This document shows, piece by piece, positions 55,074 through 64,000 of a stretch of 64,000 bases of DNA. The DNA is taken from the NCBI GenBank assembly GCA_943787795.1, contig CALSNU010000004.1:512001-576000 (forward strand). The letters run 5' to 3'. The notes beneath the pieces were generated by a model, which was not told where the DNA came from, ran no database searches, and worked only from the letters and a program-made list of their open reading frames with translations. The translations under genes and the position numbers were made by a program. This stretch comes from an uncultured bacterium (GTDB taxonomy: Bacteria; Planctomycetota; UBA1135; GCA-002686595). The stretch's first letter is position 1. Each line of letters starts with the position of its first letter.

Positions 55074-56341
55074 TCATCCCCAGCATTGACCTCATGCGAG
55101 GCTCCACGGTCCAGCTCGTCGGCGGCGAGGAGCTCGCCATCGAGGCGGGCGACCCTCGCCCGCTCCTGGAGCGCTTCAGCCGCGTCGGCGAGACGGCCGT
55201 CATCGACCTCGATGCCGCCACGGGCGAGGGCTCCAACGAGGCGCTCATCACGGAGCTCTGTCGGCGCGGACCCGTCCGCGTTGGCGGCGGCATCCGGGAT
55301 CTTGCGACCGCCCGTCGCTGGCTCGACCGTGGCGCAGCGAAGATCATCATCGGCACCGCGGCGGACCCCGTCCTCCTGCGAGAGCTGCCCAGGGAGCGGG
55401 TCATCGTCGCCCTCGATTCGCGCGATGGCGAGGTCGTGGTGGAGGGCTGGCGCAAGCCGACCGGCCGCGGCGTCGAGGAGCGGATGGCCGAACTGGCGCC
55501 GTTCGTCGCGGGGTTCCTGGTGACCTTTGTGGAGCTCGAGGGGCGCCTCGGCGGTACCGCGATCGACCGCGTCCGCGGGCTCGTCGAGGCCGCCGGCACC
55601 GCGCGCGTCACGGTCGCTGGAGGCGTCACACGGAGCGAGGAGGTCGCGGCGCTGGATGCCATGGGCGCGGACGCCCAGGTCGGCATGGCGCTCTACACGG
55701 GCGCCCTCCCTCTGGTGGACGCCTTCTCCGCGCCGCTCGTCTCGGAGCGATCTGACGGGCTCATCGCCACCGTGGTCACCGACGAGGCGGGCCGCGCACT
55801 CGGGATGTGCTGGTCCAGCCGGCGGAGCCTGGAGTACGCGCTCGAGAACGGGGTCGGCGCCTATGAGAGCCGCCGCCGTGGCCTCTGGGTCAAAGGCGCC
55901 ACCTCGGGCGCCACCCAAGAGCTGATCCGGATCGAGGCCGACTGCGACCGGGACGCCCTGCGCTTCGTGGTCCGCCAGGCGGGCGCCGGGTTCTGCCACC
56001 TGGACACCGAGAGCTGCTGGGGCCCGGCCACGGGGCTGCGCGCCCTGGAGCAGACTCTGGAGCGGCGCCGTGCCACGGCCGAGGCCGGCTCCTACAGCCA
56101 GCGGCTCTTCGGGGACGCGGAGCTGCTCGGCGCCAAGCTCCGCGAAGAGGCTGCCGAACTCGCGGAGGCCACAGGTCCCGACGAGGTGGTGCATGAGGCC
56201 GCCGACGTCCTCTTCTTTGCCTCCGTCGCGATGTCCCGCGCGGGCGTCACACTCTCGGACGTGGAGCGTGAACTCGACCGTCGAGCCGCCGCTGTCACCC
56301 GCCGGGCCGGCGACGCCAAGCCGGAGGTCGAACGCTCATGA
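55070..56341 (+). CDS. HisA-HisI-HisE fusion (ProFAR isomerase, PR-AMP cyclohydrolase, PR-ATP pyrophosphatase)
   Basis: IIPSIDL...VIDLDAA...VGGGIR (HisA); SRRRGLWVKGATSG..Q...DCDRDAL...FCH...SCW (HisI); GSYS..LF...KLREEAAEL...HEAADVLF (HisE). Confidence 0.9.
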   Translation: MIIPSIDLMRGSTVQLVGGEELAIEAGDPRPLLERFSRVGETAVIDLDAATGEGSNEALITELCRRGPVRVGGGIRDLATARRWLDRGAAKIIIGTAADPVLLRELPRERVIVALDSRDGEVVVEGWRKPTGRGVEERMAELAPFVAGFLVTFVELEGRLGGTAIDRVRGLVEAAGTARVTVAGGVTRSEEVAALDAMGADAQVGMALYTGALPLVDAFSAPLVSERSDGLIATVVTDEAGRALGMCWSSRRSLEYALENGVGAYESRRRGLWVKGATSGATQELIRIEADCDRDALRFVVRQAGAGFCHLDTESCWGPATGLRALEQTLERRRATAEAGSYSQRLFGDAELLGAKLREEAAELAEATGPDEVVHEAADVLFFASVAMSRAGVTLSDVERELDRRAAAVTRRAGDAKPEVERS

Positions 56342-57621
56342 GCACCTCCATCCGTGAGACTCCCCTGCTGCGGGAGATCACCCTCGATCAGATCGAGGCC
56401 TCGGCGCCCAGCGCGGTGGACGAGGTCACCCGTGTCACAGCGAGGTCCATCGTCGACTCCGTCCGCACCGGCGGCGAGGCTGTGCTCCGTGAGTACACCA
56501 CCGGGCTGGATGGCCTCTCGCCGTCCGCGCCACTCGTGCTCGATCGCGCGGCCCTGGAACGCGCCGCCGAGGGGCTCAGCGCTTCTACCCGGCAGCTCCT
56601 CGAGAGGACCGCGGAGCGGATCCGCGCCTTCGCCACGGCTCAGCGGGATGCGCTCTCACCGCTTGACGTGGCGGTCCCCGGAGGGCGCGCAGGACACGAA
56701 GTCGTGCCGATCGAGGCGGCTGGTTGCTACGCACCTGGAGGTCGCTACCCGCTCCCCTCCTCCGTGCTCATGACAGCCGTGACCGCCAAGGCCGCAGGGG
56801 TGGAGCGGGTCGTGGTGGCGTCGCCCAACCCCAAGCCAATCGTGGTCGCAGCCGCCGCGATCGCGGGGGCCGACTGCCTGTTGACGGCGGGCGGGGCCCA
56901 AGCCATCGCCGCCCTCGCGCACGGCATCCCGGGGCTCCTTGATCCTGTGGACGTCATCGTCGGGCCGGGCAACCGTTGGGTCACCGCCGCCAAGCAGTAC
57001 GTCTTCGGCGACGTGGGGATCGACCTCCCCGCCGGCCCCTCCGAGCTGGTGGTTCTCGCCGACGCCTCTGCGGACCCCGAGCTCGTCGCAGCCGACCTGC
57101 TCGCCCAGGCGGAGCACGACCCTGACGCGAGGCCCGCCCTCATCACCACAGAGGCCGGACTCCTGCCCGAAGTCGAGGCGGCGCTCGGTCGTCAGCTCGC
57201 ATCGCTGGACACCAAGGAGGTCGCCTCGCAGGCGCTCGCCGCGGGCTTCGCTGCGGTGGCGCCCTCCATGGAGGCGGCGCTCGAGGCCGTGGACCGGCTC
57301 GCTCCCGAGCACCTCCAGCTATGCGTGGAAGACCCCGACGGCGCGAGGCGTCGCCTCAAGCACCACGGAGCCTCGTTCCTGGGCGAGGGCTCGGCGGAGG
57401 TCTTCGGCGACTACGGTGTCGGCCCGAACCACGTCCTCCCCACCGGCGGAGCCGCTCGCTACTCGGGGGGCCTCTCGGTCTTCAACTTCTTGCGGATCAG
57501 GACCTGGCTGCGCCTCGACGACCCGTCGCTGGTGGCGGGAGACGTCGAGGCCCTTGCCAGGGAGGAGCGGTTGACGGCCCACGCTCGGGCCGCCGCCGCG
57601 CGGGTCAGGGCACCAGGGTGA
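56338..57621 (+). CDS. hisD: Histidinol dehydrogenase
   Basis: GCYAPGG, GGAQAIAAL, IVGPGN.WV, AGPSE, DLLAQAEHD, APEHL, GDYGVGPNHVLPT. Confidence 0.96.
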   Translation: MSTSIRETPLLREITLDQIEASAPSAVDEVTRVTARSIVDSVRTGGEAVLREYTTGLDGLSPSAPLVLDRAALERAAEGLSASTRQLLERTAERIRAFATAQRDALSPLDVAVPGGRAGHEVVPIEAAGCYAPGGRYPLPSSVLMTAVTAKAAGVERVVVASPNPKPIVVAAAAIAGADCLLTAGGAQAIAALAHGIPGLLDPVDVIVGPGNRWVTAAKQYVFGDVGIDLPAGPSELVVLADASADPELVAADLLAQAEHDPDARPALITTEAGLLPEVEAALGRQLASLDTKEVASQALAAGFAAVAPSMEAALEAVDRLAPEHLQLCVEDPDGARRRLKHHGASFLGEGSAEVFGDYGVGPNHVLPTGGAARYSGGLSVFNFLRIRTWLRLDDPSLVAGDVEALAREERLTAHARAAAARVRAPG

Positions 57622-59260
57622 CCTCGACCGCGTTGGTCCAGTTGATCTCGCCACAAGTGCTGGCGACGTCTCGGTAGACCGCCTGGAACGTCCAGGTCTC
57701 CCCCGCCGAGGCGCCTGCGAGCCTCAGGAGCCCGGGACCGAAGTCCTGGGTTCCGGCGCCCGTGAGGGCGAGGCGGCGGGCTCCGCTTCCAACGCAAGCG
57801 AGGCCGCCGAAGCTCGTACGAACCTGGGCCGCCCCGGGCATCCCCCAGAGCACCACCGCCATCGAGGGCACGTCGCCGTTGAGGTTGAGGCGCAGGTCAT
57901 CGCTGAGGACGCTCGCCGAGCCGCCAGCCACCAGCATCGAGCCGAAGCCGAGGGAGCTCCGGCAGCCGGAGGGGACCCCGTCGCCAGGGTCATTGCCACA
58001 GGGGCAAGGCATGCTCACGCCAGGGACACAGACCATGTTGCCCACCGACTGGTACGGCTCGTCATAGATCCGAACCACGCCACCGCCGGTCACGACCAGG
58101 TCGCTCCCCGGGTTGCCGATGACGGTGTAGTCCGAGCCGAGCGCAGCGACGTTGGTGACATCGTTCCACGGAGCCCGGGGCACGACGACCGCCTCGGTCA
58201 TCCAGTCGCCGCTGGCTTGCTGGCGGTAGATCCAGGTCCGGGGCTGGGTGCGGGGAGAGATCAGCAACCGATCGCCGTCGAGGTCCACCTGATGACCCCA
58301 GCGGAGGTCGTTGGTCGCGGGATCCGGGGGGTCAATCGTGGACTCAAACAGCCACAGGCCCCCAACTCGCTCGTAGAAGTGGACCCCGCCCGAAGGGGGT
58401 CCGCCTGCGGCCAGAGAGCCCTGCTCGGCGAGGACGATGCGCTCTCCGTCCACGGCCATGTCCACGGGGATCTCCCGTCCGGCACCGCCGTCCGGGGCCC
58501 GCAGCTTGGCGGTGTGAGCCCAGCCAGCGCTGGTCAGCTCGTAGACCCACACGCCGCCCCAGACGACGGGGCTCCGGGACGGCGTCGTCGGCCGCCCCAC
58601 AACCACGTAGTCCGAGCCAATCCCGACGCTCGCGCCGAAGCGCTGGAAGGGAGCGGGGTTGTCCGCGAAGAGCTGCGCTGAGAGGGACCACGCGCCGCCG
58701 CTGAGGTCGTAGATGTAGGCCGTCCCCGCCTCGGTTCCAGCCGTGCCGTCGCTCGCGACGCCGACCACGAGCCGGTCGCCCTCGAGGTCCACGGACACCT
58801 GGGTGGGCGTCCCCGACGGGGCGGGAATGATGGCGTCCAGATTCCACCCGAGCACGCTGCGCTGGAAGACGTGCACCAGATCTCCGCCTCCGCCGCTGCA
58901 GACCGCGAGCCGATCCCCGTCCAGGTCGAGGCTCCAGCCGAAGTCCGGCGCGCTCCCCAAGACCTGAAATTGGGCCTGTGAGGACAGGGTGCCGGCGCCG
59001 CGCTCAAAGACGCGGACCTCGCCGACGGAACCGCCGGGCGCCCCATCTTGAAGGCTGACCGCGATGAGATCTCCATCGACGGCCAGCGAGCTGCCGAACC
59101 GGTCGCCAGCGCTGAGATCCGAAGGCGCGAGGAGGGTGTTCTCCACCGACGCCGTCTGCGCCACGGCCGATCCGGCGAGGATCAGGCCGGTCACGGCCTT
59201 GAAGGAAAGGGCGAGGGCGCCGCGCTCGGAGCCTGTTCTATATCGTTGCCGTTGGGTCAT
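57605..59260 (-). CDS. Secreted FG-GAP-like beta-propeller protein with a Cys-containing C-terminal domain
   Basis: Repeats GDRFGSSLAVDGD, FGWSLDLDGD, FGASVGIG, WGHQVDLDGD; signal-like LILAGSAVA-Q; tail CPCGN...GC...FQAVYRD...C..INWTNAVEV. Start uncertain. Confidence 0.75.
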   Translation of the reverse strand: MTQRQRYRTGSERGALALSFKAVTGLILAGSAVAQTASVENTLLAPSDLSAGDRFGSSLAVDGDLIAVSLQDGAPGGSVGEVRVFERGAGTLSSQAQFQVLGSAPDFGWSLDLDGDRLAVCSGGGGDLVHVFQRSVLGWNLDAIIPAPSGTPTQVSVDLEGDRLVVGVASDGTAGTEAGTAYIYDLSGGAWSLSAQLFADNPAPFQRFGASVGIGSDYVVVGRPTTPSRSPVVWGGVWVYELTSAGWAHTAKLRAPDGGAGREIPVDMAVDGERIVLAEQGSLAAGGPPSGGVHFYERVGGLWLFESTIDPPDPATNDLRWGHQVDLDGDRLLISPRTQPRTWIYRQQASGDWMTEAVVVPRAPWNDVTNVAALGSDYTVIGNPGSDLVVTGGGVVRIYDEPYQSVGNMVCVPGVSMPCPCGNDPGDGVPSGCRSSLGFGSMLVAGGSASVLSDDLRLNLNGDVPSMAVVLWGMPGAAQVRTSFGGLACVGSGARRLALTGAGTQDFGPGLLRLAGASAGETWTFQAVYRDVASTCGEINWTNAVEVTLVP

Positions 59261-59444
59261 GCCCCGAGTCTGCCGATCCAGCATGTCCCAATTCCAGAGA
59301 TACAACGCGCCAAGGGGGATCAATGTGCAGCGCAGCGCTGGCGGCCCCGGGCCGTGCGGTTCTCCTTGAGCTCCGGGGCCTCCGCCGGCCAGCATGGTCA
59401 CGGGGGCTGCGGGTGACCCCATTCCCCGCCCTCCCACGCCAGCC

Positions 59445-60155
59445 ATGACTGCCCTGCCCCTCGACTCTGTGCTCACGTCCGAGCAGCTCCACGCTCACTG
59501 GAAGCCCACCCGAGACAAGCTCGTGCGGGAGGATCGGGAGGAGGAGCTCCGGATCCGAATCCATCGCGCCTGCGCAGCCCTGCGACAGGCCGAGCTCGCG
59601 GAGGCCGACGGGAGCCGAGCGGGGCAGGATGCCGCGCTGGTCTTCCGCTGGGTGTCCCTCAACGCCCTCTACGGCGACTGGGACTACGACCGCGGGATGC
59701 CCACAGGGGACCGGCGGGCCCTGGACCGCTTCACCAGCGCGATCTGCCGCGCCGACGCTGCCGGCCGGATCGCCCGCGCCCTGGGCGCGCACGCCGCGGA
59801 GGCGAGGGCTTTGGTGGAGAGCCCCTTCCTGATCGAACGCTTCTGGAGCGACGGTGAATGGGATCAGGTCCGCCCCCGGCGCGGCCGCGCTCGCAGGCTG
59901 CAGGAAGATCTCGATGGCCAGCGGCCCAGCGCGGCTCTCCAGCAGGTGCTCATCGCGGTCTATTTCCTGCGCTGCCAGATCATCCACGGTGGCGCGACCC
60001 TGGGGAGCGGGATGAACCGCGTCACCGTGGACCCCGCCTCCCAGCTCCTGCGCGCGCTGTGCGGACCGATCATCGCCGTCAGCATGGAACACGGGCTCGA
60101 CATGCCCTGGGGCGAGCTCTGCTACCCCCCGGTCCGGAGCGCGGACCCTTCCTGA
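59445..60155 (+). CDS. Standalone HEPN-domain protein
   Basis: Helical protein with FRWVSLNALYG and YFLRCQIIHGG (R-x4-H). Confidence 0.7.
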   Translation: MTALPLDSVLTSEQLHAHWKPTRDKLVREDREEELRIRIHRACAALRQAELAEADGSRAGQDAALVFRWVSLNALYGDWDYDRGMPTGDRRALDRFTSAICRADAAGRIARALGAHAAEARALVESPFLIERFWSDGEWDQVRPRRGRARRLQEDLDGQRPSAALQQVLIAVYFLRCQIIHGGATLGSGMNRVTVDPASQLLRALCGPIIAVSMEHGLDMPWGELCYPPVRSADPS

Positions 60156-60294
60156 AGGCCTCATTCTGAGGGCGCCGACGTGAGCCCCAGAGGCTCTCGA
60201 GGAGGCCGAGGCGACTTCGGCGAGCGGCGCCGGACCTGGAAGGCTCTCCCTCAACACGTCGTTCTCACGAGGGGGGAGTATCTTGGGAGGAGCC

Positions 60295-63200
60295 ATGCCC
60301 CCCAGTGAACGACCCCGACCCGTCCGCCTCTCACCAGGCGCGGCCCTCGCTGCAGGGGCCGCCCTCGCGACCGCCGCGCTCGGCTGGTCGCGCCCCGCCG
60401 TCGTGCTTGCCCCGACCACGGGGGAACACGATGAGGTCTACGAACAGACCATCGCCCCCATCTTCGAGGCCACCTGCGTCCAGTGCCACGGCCCCCTGAA
60501 GCAGAAGGGTGCCTTCCGCCTGGACGAGCTCGACCGGGACTTCGTGGCTGGCGAGGACGCGGAGGAGTGGGACTACATCCTCGATGTCATCCGGAACGGA
60601 GACATGCCGCCGTCGAGCTTCGAGCGCCAGCTCTCCACCGAGGAGCGCGCGGCGGTGACCGGCTGGATCGAGGCCGGCCTGGAGGCCGCCGCGCGGGCCA
60701 AAGAGGGCGAGGTGCGCCCGGTGCTTCGCCGCCTGAACCGAGCGCAGTACCGGCACACGCTCCAGGACCTGCTCAAGCTCCCCGTGGACTTCGGCCAGGA
60801 CCTCCCGGGCGATGCCAAGTCGCCGATGGGCTTCACCAACAACGGCGCGACCCTGCAGGCCTCGACCCTGCACCTGGAGACCTACCAGGCCATCGCCCGT
60901 CGGGCGCTCGACGAGGCCATCGCCCCCGGGCCTCGACCGGAGTCCACGATCTACCGCGTGCGCTTCGGCGAGGGGATCGGCAAGGGCAAGGTGGGCGGCC
61001 GGACCGGCGGCTATCAATCGGTGATCCTGAACCCCGATCAGTTCACGGTCGAGGTCATCGGCGCGGACGGCGAACCCAAGGGTTCCGCGGCGTCCGATGA
61101 GGAGCGGAAGGCCCTCGACGCAATCAGGAAGAAGATCAGCGTGGGCCTCCGGGGCTCTCAGCAGAACCGCTTCCACATCGCCGCCGACGGCCTGGTCCTC
61201 TACGGCGCGGTCCCACACAAGGAGAAGGCTCCCGGCGCGTGGCAGGGGCCCTCCCCCAACGCCAAGCTCGAGCTCCAGCGTGTCTTCCCCGAGCGCGGCG
61301 ACGTGGTCATGCGCGTCAGCGCGGCCCGCGGCGAGGTCAAGCGGACCCGTGACCCGGTGCTCCTCAAGCTCGAGGACGGGGTCAACGACGTGAGCGTCGC
61401 CCTCTCCGAGAGCGCCCCCGCGACGGAGACCGTCAACGGTGAGGAGGTCGAAGCCGCCGAGCGCGCCCTCTCCATCGAGTCCTCGATGAGGACCATCACC
61501 GCCGAAGCCGCCAAGAGCGACCAGCGCAAGAACGTGCGGCTCGACGGCGACGTCATCGTCGCGGAGGACGTGACCCAGCCCTCAGACTCCAGGGTCCAGG
61601 TCCAGATCCCCGCCGAGGGCTTCTACCGGGTGCACCTCGTCCACCCTCCGGTCCCCGTGGAGCAGATGCCCTCGGTGCGCCTCTCCTACGCGGGCAAGAC
61701 CCTCGACTCCCGCCCGGAGCTGACCGCCGAGCAGCTCGCCCAGGGGCGTGTGTCCACGGTCATCGGAGCGGCCTACATGCGCGCGGGCCGTCAACACCTC
61801 AAGCTCGGCGGCCCCTTCTTCATCGGTTACTCCCACGTGGTCCTGACGCCGCTCGGCGCCGAGCACCCGCTGGTCGAAGCCCTCGGCCAGGCCACCGCCG
61901 AGCTGGAGGCCCGCTTCGACGACGTGGACCCGGTGCTCCGGGCCTACGCGGGGACGCGCACGGATGACGGAATGGACTATTCCACCTTCGACGGCGCCGC
62001 GGTCGTGACGGCGCCCCGCGGGGCGCCCCAGACCTACACCTTCCGAGGCCGCCTCGAGAACCTCCCGATCCCCGAACCGGAGTCCGGGGACAACGAGATC
62101 CTCTCCGGCATCCTGCTGCTCGGCGTCTGGAACGACCACCTCATCAAGGACCGGCGCAGCCCCGGCCCGCCGCTTCTCGTCGAGCAGATCGAGGTCGAGG
62201 CGCCGTTCCATCCAGTGTGGCCGCCCGCGTCCCACACCGCCATCTTCCCCGAGCGCAGAGACCGTGAGAGCGATGAGGCCTACGCCGAGCGAGTCCTGGT
62301 CCGCTTCATGTCGCGCGCCTTTCGGCGGGCGGCGGTGGCCGGCGACGCCGCCCCTTACCTCGCGTTCTTCCGCGAGGTGCGCCCTGAGGTCGACACCCTC
62401 GAGGACGCCATCAAGGAGACGCTGATCGCAGCGCTCTGCTCTCCACGCTTCCTCTTTCTCGTGGAGGGCCCGGGCGGCGAGGCCGACGACCTGCTCTCCC
62501 CCTTCGCCCTCGCGAATCGGCTCAGCTACTTCCTCTGGAACGGGCCGCCCGACGAGGCCCTCCGGAACGCGGCGCTCTTCGGGACCCTCGACGGCGACCT
62601 CGAGGCTCACGTCGACCGCATGCTCGATGACCCGCGGGCGCGCCGCTTCGTGGACGCCTTCGCCACCGAGTGGCTGCGCCTCGACCGCCTCGAGGACATG
62701 ACCATCGACGCGGACCGGTTCCCGAAGTTCACGCGCTTCGTCAAGCGCGACATGCGCGAGGAGACCCTGCGCTTCGTGCACCGGGTCTTCGCCGAGGACC
62801 TCGACCTCATGACGCTGGTGGACTCGGACTTCGCGATGCTGAACCAGAACCTCGCGGAGTTCTACGGCGTCGGCGGCGTGGTCGGCCCCCACTTCCGTCC
62901 GGTGACGCTCCCCCGCTCCGAGGGACGCGGCGGGCTCATGTCCCAGGGCGCCTTCCTGGCCGGTCACTCTGACGGGCTGGAGCCCCACCCGATCAAGCGC
63001 GCGGTGTGGGTGAAGGAGAAGCTGCTGGGCAGCCCGCCGCCCCCGCCCCCGCCCAATGTCCCCGACCTCGACGCCGAGGCGCCGGAGATGAAGGGCCTGA
63101 CCCTGAAGGAGCAGCTGGAGCTGCACCGGGACAACCCCTCCTGTCACGACTGTCACGCGAGCTTTGATCCCTTCGGCGTGGCGCTGGAGCGCTACAACGC

Positions 63201-63495
63201 CGTCGGCCTCCTGGAGTCCGAGCGCAAGGGTCGCCCCATCGACGCCAGCGTCGCGCTCCCGGACGGCACGGAGGTGGACGGCGCCCCCGAGCTCAAGGCG
63301 TATCTGGCCGGCGCCGCCCGCGAGCGCTTCATCGCCTCGGTCGTCGAGCACCTCTTCGCCTACGCCCTCGGCCGCGACGTCGTCTTCAGCGACGACGAGG
63401 AGCTCGAGGCCATCGCCCGCGAGGTTGACGCTGAAGGTGGGACGGGTCGCGCACTCCTGCGAGCCATCGTCACCTCTCCCTCGTTCCGCCGCTGA
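60295..63495 (+). CDS. Planctomycete DUF1592-type protein (cytochrome c domain + DUF1587/1595/1592/1588/1585-like)
   Basis: CVQCHG...MPP, LRRLNRAQY..TL.DL, LCSPRFLF, LANRLSYFLWNGPPD, RGGLM, PIKRAVWV, HR.NPSCHDCH..FDP.G.ALE.Y, YALGR. Confidence 0.9.
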   Translation: MPPSERPRPVRLSPGAALAAGAALATAALGWSRPAVVLAPTTGEHDEVYEQTIAPIFEATCVQCHGPLKQKGAFRLDELDRDFVAGEDAEEWDYILDVIRNGDMPPSSFERQLSTEERAAVTGWIEAGLEAAARAKEGEVRPVLRRLNRAQYRHTLQDLLKLPVDFGQDLPGDAKSPMGFTNNGATLQASTLHLETYQAIARRALDEAIAPGPRPESTIYRVRFGEGIGKGKVGGRTGGYQSVILNPDQFTVEVIGADGEPKGSAASDEERKALDAIRKKISVGLRGSQQNRFHIAADGLVLYGAVPHKEKAPGAWQGPSPNAKLELQRVFPERGDVVMRVSAARGEVKRTRDPVLLKLEDGVNDVSVALSESAPATETVNGEEVEAAERALSIESSMRTITAEAAKSDQRKNVRLDGDVIVAEDVTQPSDSRVQVQIPAEGFYRVHLVHPPVPVEQMPSVRLSYAGKTLDSRPELTAEQLAQGRVSTVIGAAYMRAGRQHLKLGGPFFIGYSHVVLTPLGAEHPLVEALGQATAELEARFDDVDPVLRAYAGTRTDDGMDYSTFDGAAVVTAPRGAPQTYTFRGRLENLPIPEPESGDNEILSGILLLGVWNDHLIKDRRSPGPPLLVEQIEVEAPFHPVWPPASHTAIFPERRDRESDEAYAERVLVRFMSRAFRRAAVAGDAAPYLAFFREVRPEVDTLEDAIKETLIAALCSPRFLFLVEGPGGEADDLLSPFALANRLSYFLWNGPPDEALRNAALFGTLDGDLEAHVDRMLDDPRARRFVDAFATEWLRLDRLEDMTIDADRFPKFTRFVKRDMREETLRFVHRVFAEDLDLMTLVDSDFAMLNQNLAEFYGVGGVVGPHFRPVTLPRSEGRGGLMSQGAFLAGHSDGLEPHPIKRAVWVKEKLLGSPPPPPPPNVPDLDAEAPEMKGLTLKEQLELHRDNPSCHDCHASFDPFGVALERYNAVGLLESERKGRPIDASVALPDGTEVDGAPELKAYLAGAARERFIASVVEHLFAYALGRDVVFSDDEELEAIAREVDAEGGTGRALLRAIVTSPSFRR

Positions 63496-63720
63496 CGGAC
63501 CTGGGCTCGCTCCCGCCAGGCTCAAACCTGGCCCCCCGGCCTCCGGGCGCAGGGGAACCGACATCAAGGCCCGCGGGCCGCCGCACGGCCTCCTACGGGA
63601 GGGAGTTCCTGTCTCGCATTGCCGACCGGGCCACCTGGCCCCGCGACTGGGAAAGGACACCCCTCCGAATTCGAGGACGGCGGGCTAGGATCGGGGGGCG
63701 TCCTCGGGGACGCTTCTCCC

Positions 63721-64000
63721 ATGAGCCGTAAGTCCTGGCATCTCTCACGACGCACCTTCCTCCGCGGCGCCGGCGTGGCCGTCACCATGCCTTACCTCCA
63801 CGGCATGGAGCAGGCTGTGAAGGACTCGGTGAAGCTGGGCACCATCGCCCCGCCGAGGCGCCTCGCCTACGTGTACTTCCCCAACGGCGCGAGCTCGCCG
63901 CCGATGGACAACGCGGAGGCCATGGAGTGGAGCTGGCTCCCCATCGGACCGGGGGCCGACTACCGCTTCAGCAACGTTTCGAAGCCCCTGGAGAAGCACC
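63721..64000 (+). CDS. DUF1552-like Tat-exported protein (5' part; runs off the window end)
   Basis: MSRKSWHLSRRTFLRGAGVAVTMPYLHGM...PPRRLAYVYFPNG; the usual partner of DUF1592 genes. Confidence 0.85.
   Translation, partial: MSRKSWHLSRRTFLRGAGVAVTMPYLHGMEQAVKDSVKLGTIAPPRRLAYVYFPNGASSPPMDNAEAMEWSWLPIGPGADYRFSNVSKPLEKH

Noticed and set aside
63496..63720. Possible cobalamin riboswitch (ACTGGGAAAGG) in the DUF1592-DUF1552 gap
   Set aside because: Other conserved B12-element blocks were not found, and the pairing potential is what GC-rich DNA gives by chance. An Rfam scan would settle it.
1..64000. tRNA (including tRNA-Sec), rRNA, integrase or transposase genes
   Set aside because: None recognised by eye in the intergenic gaps; tRNAscan-SE and Rfam would be needed to exclude them formally.

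Overview
GC-rich bacterial chromosomal window, most likely Planctomycetota, inferred from DUF1592/DUF1552-like, DUF1549/DUF1501-like and prenyltransferase-repeat genes. In order it holds: an HDOD/REC/GGDEF + Hpt signalling module; a 2-oxoacid dehydrogenase cluster with two E1-alpha paralogues, flanked by lipA and lipB; a three-gene operon ending in a ~1300-aa decaheme cytochrome c / beta-propeller / EF-hand protein; a sigma-70 factor; acyl-CoA dehydrogenase; a methyltransferase; dGTPase; an ArsC/Spx-like gene with an in-frame UGA (U-x-x-C) and a SECIS-like hairpin, a probable selenoprotein that the ORF track misses; two degenerate kinase-fold genes; MscS; an ABC-2 exporter; rnc-mfd-SurA-like; two tandem prenyltransferase-repeat paralogues; nrdAB with NrdR boxes; two secreted peptidases; a glycosyltransferase; a complete his operon with HisC-HAD and HisA-HisIE fusions, preceded by an unannotated His4 leader-peptide attenuator; an FG-GAP-like propeller protein; a standalone HEPN gene; and a DUF1592/DUF1552 pair. 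Several genes are broken by extra bases in homopolymer runs, which look like sequencing errors rather than true pseudogenes. No rRNA, tRNA, CRISPR array or mobile element was recognised. All family calls come from motif recognition by eye; no database search was run.
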